From positions 1 through 59,506 of the forward strand of contig SVUF01000002.1 in assembly GCA_015063395.1 (NCBI GenBank): a DNA stretch of 59,506 bases, in the 5' to 3' direction. Below, one piece after another: positions 53,837 through 59,506 of this stretch. The notes below the pieces were generated by a model. It saw nothing but the letters and a program-made list of their open reading frames with translations, ran no database searches and was not told the DNA's origin. Source of the stretch: Oscillospiraceae bacterium (lineage in GTDB: Bacteria; Bacillota; Clostridia; Oscillospirales; CAG-272). The translations under genes were made by a program, and so were the position numbers. Within the stretch, counting starts at the first letter, position 1; each line of letters opens with the position of its first letter.

Positions 53837-54205
53837 TTAAAGTACTTCGGGAGCGAGAGAGAGGATCTTAAGATAATCCTTCTCACGAAGCTCTCTTGCC
53901 ACAGGTCCAAAAATTCTTGTTCCTCTGGGGTTCTTGTCTTCTTTGATGATTACTGCTGCGTTATCATCGAACTTGATTGTTGATCCGTCTGCACGGCGGA
54001 GTCCCTTTACAGTTCTTACTACAACAGCCTTAACAACTTCACCCTTCTTTACCTGTCCGCCGGGTGCAGCCTTCTTAACTGTGCAAACGATAACGTCGCC
54101 AATGTTGGCATATCTTCTGCCTGTGCCGCCAAGTACACGGATACACATAAGTTCCTTTGCACCTGTGTTGTCAGCGACCTTCAAATATGTCTGCTGCTGA
54201 ATCAC
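53837..54205 (-). CDS. rplN: 50S ribosomal protein L14
   Basis: [27 protein letters not shown]. Confidence 0.98.
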   Translation of the reverse strand: MIQQQTYLKVADNTGAKELMCIRVLGGTGRRYANIGDVIVCTVKKAAPGGQVKKGEVVKAVVVRTVKGLRRADGSTIKFDDNAAVIIKEDKNPRGTRIFGPVARELREKDYLKILSLAPEVL

Positions 54206-54250
54206 TTTGCTAATCCTCCTTCTTCGATACGGGCTTTGTCGTATCTACTA

Positions 54251-54514
54251 TTATTTAGCCTTTTCGATGATCTCAACAAGACGCCATCTCTTTGTTGCTG
54301 AAAGGGGTCTGGTTTCCATAACCATTACCTTATCACCGATGTTGCACTCGTTGTTCTCATCATGTGCGTGAATTTTAATTGTTCTCTTGATTACCTTACC
54401 GTAAAGAGGGTGCTTAACCATGTCTGCGATTGCTACAACAATGGTCTTATCCATCTTGTTGCTTACAACCTTACCAACTCTTGTCTTACGAAGGTTACGT
54501 TCTGTATTATTCAT
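54251..54514 (-). CDS. rpsQ: 30S ribosomal protein S17
   Basis: [16 protein letters not shown]...[11 protein letters not shown]. Confidence 0.97.
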   Translation of the reverse strand: MNNTERNLRKTRVGKVVSNKMDKTIVVAIADMVKHPLYGKVIKRTIKIHAHDENNECNIGDKVMVMETRPLSATKRWRLVEIIEKAK

Positions 54515-54535
54515 GACTGTTTCTCCTTCCCGAAA

Positions 54536-54724
54536 TTAAGCATTCTTCTCATGAAGAATAGTCATTACACGAGCGATGTCTCTCTTTACTTCCTCGATTT
54601 TGTGAGGATTCTCAAGCTGATTGATCGCGTGCTGAAAACGGAGGTTGAACAGCTCTTTTTTAAGTTCTGCGAGCTTGCTGCTAAGCTCTTCCTGAGTCAT
54701 TGCTCTGAGTTCATTTGCTTTCAC
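54536..54724 (-). CDS. rpmC: 50S ribosomal protein L29
   Basis: [27 protein letters not shown]. Confidence 0.96.
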   Translation of the reverse strand: MKANELRAMTQEELSSKLAELKKELFNLRFQHAINQLENPHKIEEVKRDIARVMTILHEKNA

Positions 54725-54727
54725 TGC

Positions 54728-55156
54728 TTATTCCTCCTCACTGACTGTTTCTGTCTTCTCTACAAACTTACACTTGATAGGAAGCTTGTGAGATGCAAGA
54801 CGCATAGCTTCTCTTGCAACTTCTGATGCTACACCGTCCATCTCGAACATTACTCTGCCGGGCTTAACTACTGCTACCCAGTATTCGGGTGAACCCTTAC
54901 CTGAACCCATTCGAGTTTCAGCGGGCTTTTCAGTAATAGGCTTATCAGGGAAAATGTTGATCCATACCTTACCGCCACGCTTGATGTAACGTGTCATCGC
55001 GATACGGGCTGCTTCTATCTGGTTACTTGTGATCCATGCGGGTTCGAGAGCTACGAGGCCGTAAGATCCTCTTGTGATCTCATTTCCTCTGAGAGCCTTA
55101 CCCTTGAGGCGTCCGCGCTGCTGTCTGCGGAACTTTACTCTTTTTGGCATTAACAT
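54728..55156 (-). CDS. rplP: 50S ribosomal protein L16
   Basis: [19 protein letters not shown]. Confidence 0.98.
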   Translation of the reverse strand: MLMPKRVKFRRQQRGRLKGKALRGNEITRGSYGLVALEPAWITSNQIEAARIAMTRYIKRGGKVWINIFPDKPITEKPAETRMGSGKGSPEYWVAVVKPGRVMFEMDGVASEVAREAMRLASHKLPIKCKFVEKTETVSEEE

Positions 55157-56010
55157 TATTTGTTGCCTCCTTCCTTATTGAAGGGTTTTCTTTCACCCTG
55201 GAAGGGACGGTTGCCCTGCTTACGATCACCAAAGTTTCTGCGCTCACCGTTGTTTCTGCGGTCGTTTCTGCGATCGCCGTGACCTCTGCGGTCGTTCTTG
55301 GGAGCAACTTCTCTGGGCTTGATAGTTGTGAAGTTCTTCTTTACGTTGGGAAGAACCTCGCCCTTGAAGATCCAAACCTTAACACCGATCTTACCGTATG
55401 TGGTATTAGCTTCCCAGAAGCCGTATTCGATGTCAGCTCTGATGGTCTGAAGCGGGATTGTACCTTCGTGGTAGTGTTCGCTTCTTGCGATTTCAGCACC
55501 GCCGAGACGGCCGGATACTGTAACCTTAATTCCCTTTGCGCCTGCTCTCATTGAACGGCCGATTGCATTCTTCATTGCACGGCGGAAAGATGTTCTCTTC
55601 TCAAGTGCAAGAGCAATGTTTTCAGCAACGAGCTGAGCGTTTGCATCAGGGTTTCTGATTTCGATAACGCTGATGGATACGGGCTTGCCTGCAATAGCCT
55701 CAACTTCCTTGCGGAGAGTTTCGATTGCTTCAGGCTTCTTTGCCTCGCCTTCCTGTGCGTTCTTGTCGGAATTTCTTCCAAGGATCATACCGGGCTTTGA
55801 GGAGAAGATATAAACCTTAACTCTGTTCTTATCTCTCTCGATCTCAATCTTAGGTACGCCTGCTTCCTGAAGCTTAGTCTTCAGGAACTTTCTGATATTG
55901 TAGTCGGATACCAAGATATCTCCGAAGGTTTCGTCAGACGCAAACCATCTGGAATCCCAGTTCTTGATTACTCCGACGCGAAGTCCGTGCGGATTAACTT
56001 TCTGTCCCAT
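55156..56010 (-). CDS. rpsC: 30S ribosomal protein S3 (284 aa; internal insertion and Arg/Asn/Gly-rich C-terminal extension)
   Basis: [15 protein letters not shown] domain. Tail is [45 protein letters not shown]. Confidence 0.96.
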   Translation of the reverse strand: MGQKVNPHGLRVGVIKNWDSRWFASDETFGDILVSDYNIRKFLKTKLQEAGVPKIEIERDKNRVKVYIFSSKPGMILGRNSDKNAQEGEAKKPEAIETLRKEVEAIAGKPVSISVIEIRNPDANAQLVAENIALALEKRTSFRRAMKNAIGRSMRAGAKGIKVTVSGRLGGAEIARSEHYHEGTIPLQTIRADIEYGFWEANTTYGKIGVKVWIFKGEVLPNVKKNFTTIKPREVAPKNDRRGHGDRRNDRRNNGERRNFGDRKQGNRPFQGERKPFNKEGGNK

Positions 56011-56030
56011 ATTGACTTAACCTCCCTTTC

Positions 56031-56381
56031 TTAGTCTTCCTTTTCAGCCAACTTGATTGTTACATGGCTTGTTCTTTTAAGAATACGATCTGCACTTCCT
56101 CTTGCTCTGGGCATCATTCTCTTGAGAGTGGGGCCGGGGCATACGAAGCACTCGGATACGTAAAGTTTTTCGACATCCATTTCATGGTTTGTCTCAGCAT
56201 TTGCAATTGCTGACGCCAGAAGTTTGATCAGATACTCGGACGCTGCCTTGCGGGTATTCTTAAGAATTCCCATAGCCTCTTTTGCGTTCTTTCCGCGAAT
56301 GAGGTCGAGTACTATTTTCACCTTGCGAGGAGATATTCTGGCATATTTAAGGACCGCTTTTGCTTCCTTCTTAGCTTCCAT
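56031..56381 (-). CDS. rplV: 50S ribosomal protein L22
   Basis: Start moved to [21 protein letters not shown] after RBS GGGAGGAAATCAA. The ORF track starts at 56417. Confidence 0.95.
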   Translation of the reverse strand: MEAKKEAKAVLKYARISPRKVKIVLDLIRGKNAKEAMGILKNTRKAASEYLIKLLASAIANAETNHEMDVEKLYVSECFVCPGPTLKRMMPRARGSADRILKRTSHVTIKLAEKED

Positions 56382-56421
56382 TTGATTTCCTCCCTTCGCT
56401 TTGTTACGCGAATTCATTCAA

Positions 56422-56703
56422 TTATTTACCGTTGTTTGATGTTTTTGAACCTGCATGTCCCTTAAATGTTCTTGTCGGAGCGAACTCACCGAGCTTGTGT
56501 CCAACCATATCTTCTACTACATATACAGGAACGTGCTTCTTGCCGTCGTGTACGGCTATTGTATGACCTACAAACTCCGGAAATATCGTGGAAGCTCTTG
56601 ACCATGTTTTGATTACCTTCTTTTCGCCTGCATTGTTCATTGCTTCGATGCGGTTGAACAACTTGCTTTCAACGAAAGGACCTTTTTTTAAGCTTCTGCT
56701 CAT
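56422..56703 (-). CDS. rpsS: 30S ribosomal protein S19
   Basis: [11 protein letters not shown]...[16 protein letters not shown]. Confidence 0.98.
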   Translation of the reverse strand: MSRSLKKGPFVESKLFNRIEAMNNAGEKKVIKTWSRASTIFPEFVGHTIAVHDGKKHVPVYVVEDMVGHKLGEFAPTRTFKGHAGSKTSNNGK

Positions 56704-56722
56704 AATCTGCTGCCTCCTTCAA

Positions 56723-57553
56723 TTATTTACCGTTTCTGTGCTTAACAATGTTCTTCTCGGTTCTTGCCTTCTTGTTACGTGTCTTGTAACCAAGTGCAGG
56801 CTTGCCCCAAGGAGTAAGCGGTCCGGGATGACCGATAGGTGAACGTCCTTCACCACCACCGTGAGGGTGATCGCAGGGGTTCATTACAGAACCTCTTACT
56901 GTAGGACGAATGCCCTTATGACGAGTCTTTCCGGCCTTACCAACATTGATTGTATCGTGCTCGATGTTACCGATCTGACCGATTGTTGCCTTACAGTCAA
57001 GACGGATATAACGAACTTCTCCGGAAGGAAGTCTTACCTGAGCCTTACCGTTTTCCTTCGCCATAAGCTGTGCGAATGTACCTGCTGAACGAACAAGCTG
57101 TCCGCCCTTGCCGGGATAAAGCTCGATGTTGTTAATAAGTGTACCAACAGGAATGTTTGCGATAGGAAGTGTGTTACCTACCTTGATGTCTGCGTTTGCA
57201 CCGCTTTCAATTACGTCGCCATCTGTAAGACCTGCAGGAGCAATGATGTATGTTCTTGTTCCGTCTTCATACTCAACAAGAGCGATGTAAGCTGTTCTGT
57301 TGGGGTCGTACTCAACACCGATAACCTTTGCAGGTCCTTCAAGCTGACGCTTGAAATCGATGATTCTGTACTTGATTTTGTTTCCGCCGCCTCTGTGGCG
57401 TACTGTGATTCTACCGTAGCTGTTTCTTCCTGCCTTCTTAGGAAGTACAGTAAGAAGCTTCTTTTCGGGAGCGGACTTTGTTACTTCTTCAAATGAAGGA
57501 ACAGACATTCCTCTTCTGCCCGGTGTGGTGGGCTTATAATACTTAACTGCCAT
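56723..57553 (-). CDS. rplB: 50S ribosomal protein L2
   Basis: [14 protein letters not shown]...[16 protein letters not shown]. Confidence 0.98.
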   Translation of the reverse strand: MAVKYYKPTTPGRRGMSVPSFEEVTKSAPEKKLLTVLPKKAGRNSYGRITVRHRGGGNKIKYRIIDFKRQLEGPAKVIGVEYDPNRTAYIALVEYEDGTRTYIIAPAGLTDGDVIESGANADIKVGNTLPIANIPVGTLINNIELYPGKGGQLVRSAGTFAQLMAKENGKAQVRLPSGEVRYIRLDCKATIGQIGNIEHDTINVGKAGKTRHKGIRPTVRGSVMNPCDHPHGGGEGRSPIGHPGPLTPWGKPALGYKTRNKKARTEKNIVKHRNGK

Positions 57554-57568
57554 TTATAGTTGCCCTCC

Positions 57569-57862
57569 TTAGTTCATACCCTCGAAGAACTCGATTGTCT
57601 TGGAATCAGCTGTAAGTGTTACGATCGCTTTCTTCCACTCTGCTGTGTATCCGGATGTATAACCGCGTCTCTTGGGCTTTCTGTTCATAATCATTGTGTT
57701 TACAACTGCAACCTTAACGCCGAATGCCTTTTCTACTGCATCTGCGATCTCAGGCTTTGTTGCGTCCTTCTGAACCTTGAAGGTATACTTTTTGTCATTA
57801 ATTTTGTCCATGCTTGCTTCTGTGATCACAGGAGCAATGATTATATCATGAAAGTTTTTCAT
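57569..57862 (-). CDS. rplW: 50S ribosomal protein L23
   Basis: IIAPVITEASM...KYTFKV. Confidence 0.96.
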   Translation of the reverse strand: MKNFHDIIIAPVITEASMDKINDKKYTFKVQKDATKPEIADAVEKAFGVKVAVVNTMIMNRKPKRRGYTSGYTAEWKKAIVTLTADSKTIEFFEGMN

Positions 57863-58485
57863 TATGCATATACCTCCTCGATCTTCTGAGCTGCTGCAGA
57901 TACTACAACGAGGTTCTTGCAGTTGAGAATGTCATATACATTGATTGTATTTACCTGTGCTGTCTTTACACCGGGAATGTTTGCAAGGCTCTTGATTACC
58001 ATTGCATCCATACCTGAAAGAACAACAAGTGACTTTCCTTCTGCACCAATTGCCTTAAGCATTGCTGCCATAGGCTTGGTCTTATATTCTGTTGCTGTAA
58101 TTGCATCAACTACGATCATCTCGCCTGCAGCTACCTTTGAGGAAAGAGCGCTCTGCATTGCGATTCTCTTTGTCTTCTTGTTAAGGGAAACCTTGTAAAG
58201 TCTGGGCTTAGGTCCGAGAGCCACACCACCGTGTGTCCACTGAGGAGCTCTTGTTGAACCCTGTCTTGCTCTACCTGTTCCCTTCTGTCTCCAAGGCTTC
58301 TTTCCGCCTCCGGAAACCTCTGTACGTGTAAGAGTGGACTGTGTACCCTGCCTCTGATTCATCAGATATGCTCTTACTGCGGAGTGAAGTACCGCACCAT
58401 TCACTTCAGCGCCGAATACTACATCAGAAAGCTCTACGCTTCCAACCTCTTCGCCCGCCATGTTCACTACTTTCAAATTAGGCAT
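57862..58485 (-). CDS. rplD: 50S ribosomal protein L4
   Basis: GGGKKPWRQKGTGRARQGSTRAPQW. Confidence 0.97.
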   Translation of the reverse strand: MPNLKVVNMAGEEVGSVELSDVVFGAEVNGAVLHSAVRAYLMNQRQGTQSTLTRTEVSGGGKKPWRQKGTGRARQGSTRAPQWTHGGVALGPKPRLYKVSLNKKTKRIAMQSALSSKVAAGEMIVVDAITATEYKTKPMAAMLKAIGAEGKSLVVLSGMDAMVIKSLANIPGVKTAQVNTINVYDILNCKNLVVVSAAAQKIEEVYA

Positions 58486-58502
58486 CGATATTCCTCCTTC
58501 CT

Positions 58503-59132
58503 TTACGCTTTAACTGTGTTACGGATAAATACGATTCCTCCGCGTGCTCCGGGAACTGCACCCTTAACAGCGATGAGGTTCTTTTCCGCATCAATCTTTG
58601 CTACTTCGAGGTTAAGAACTGTAACCTGTTCATTACCCCACTGACCTGCCATTTTCTTGTTCTTGAAGATTCTCGCAGGGTCGATAACACCCATTGATCC
58701 TGACTGACGGTGTACAGGTCCTACGCCGTGTGTCATACGGAGCTTGTGAAGGTTCCATCTCTTGATCGCACCTGTGTATCCGTGTCCCTTTGTGATTCCG
58801 GTAATGTCGACCTTGTCACCCTCTGCAAATACATCAGCGGTGATGGTATCGCCAATACTGTAACCGGAGATATCGTCAAAGCGGAACTCCTTGAGGTGCT
58901 TCTTTGCTGCAACACCCTTTGTTGCGAAATGTCCCTTGAGAGGCTTTGTAAGCTTCTTGTCCTCAACAGACATAAATCCGAGCTGAACAGCTTCATAGCC
59001 GTCATTCTCTTTTGTTTTGATCTGCGATACTGCACAGGGACCTGCTTCGATCACTGTTACAGGAATCGCATTTCCGTTTGCGTCGAAAATCTGTGTCATT
59101 CCGATTTTCTTTCCGATAATACCTTTTTTCAT
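58503..59132 (-). CDS. rplC: 50S ribosomal protein L3
   Basis: [17 protein letters not shown]...[12 protein letters not shown]. Confidence 0.98.
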   Translation of the reverse strand: MKKGIIGKKIGMTQIFDANGNAIPVTVIEAGPCAVSQIKTKENDGYEAVQLGFMSVEDKKLTKPLKGHFATKGVAAKKHLKEFRFDDISGYSIGDTITADVFAEGDKVDITGITKGHGYTGAIKRWNLHKLRMTHGVGPVHRQSGSMGVIDPARIFKNKKMAGQWGNEQVTVLNLEVAKIDAEKNLIAVKGAVPGARGGIVFIRNTVKA

Positions 59133-59227
59133 TTTTGTTCCTCCTGTTTTAGTTATTGGTTGGCATCTTAGGTATTTCAGATGTCAACATGACATAAAAC
59201 TTTCTGTCGTTTTGGTCAAAGGTTAAC

Positions 59228-59506
59228 TTAGATCTTAACCTCGATATCAACACCGGCGGGAAGTTCGAGACTCGCAATTGCATCCACAATCTTCTGTGTG
59301 GGTTTAACGATGTCGATGAGTCTCTTGTGTGTTCTCAGCTCAAACTGCTCACGGCTATCCTTGTATTTGTGAACCGCACGGAGAATTGTTGTGATTTCCT
59401 TCTCTGTGGGAAGCGGAATGGGACCTGAAACAGTCGCTCCGTTTCTTGTTGCGGTATCAACGATCTTGGTTGCAGCCTGGTCGATCCATGTGTGATCATA
59501 GCTCTT
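59228..59506 (-). CDS. rpsJ: 30S ribosomal protein S10 (5' end outside the window)
   Basis: Hand translation gives ...[67 protein letters not shown]...[11 protein letters not shown]. Confidence 0.95.
   Translation of the reverse strand, partial: KSYDHTWIDQAATKIVDTATRNGATVSGPIPLPTEKEITTILRAVHKYKDSREQFELRTHKRLIDIVKPTQKIVDAIASLELPAGVDIEVKI

Overview
Chromosomal segment of a low-GC, spore-forming Firmicute. The class Clostridia is suggested by yqfC/yqfD/ylbJ, T-box control and operon layouts; any finer placement would be a guess. About 80% of the window is conserved core. This includes recO-era-ybeY-phoH-yqfD-yqfC, rnhA-nifS-nifU-dnaJ-prmA, tRNA-Val plus a Val T-box plus valS, degV, a PrsA-like foldase, a liv branched-chain amino-acid ABC operon, and the complete S10/spc/alpha ribosomal cluster (rpsJ to rplQ, minus strand). 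rpmJ and rpmD are absent from the ORF track and I recovered them by hand.

The accessory or unusual parts are:
1. A cI/LexA-type repressor switch driving four tiny ORFs and an intact phage terminase large subunit, with no other phage genes (5.9-9.1 kb).
2. An EEP-MFS-GH89 (alpha-N-acetylglucosaminidase) locus.
3. Three tandem paralogues of an uncharacterised surface protein, possibly DUF3472-like. Each has a linker-TM-KKKK C-terminus, and the third lacks a signal peptide (20.6-25.0 kb).
4. A 2.2-kb islet full of GTAGGG...CCCTAC palindromic elements. It holds a split RAYT-like HUH transposase that carries the same palindromes in-frame inside its own coding sequence.
5. An HTH-LicC-type cytidylyltransferase fused to an Fbp/AEP-type ABC importer operon, with a five-fold TTGAACA repeat array in its control region.
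6. Oddities in the ribosomal operon: a 210-nt structured spacer between rpsN and rpsH, a Cys4 L24, and an extended S3.

No CRISPR array or rRNA was seen, and the only tRNA is tRNA-Val. All family assignments come from motif recognition by eye. No searches were run.
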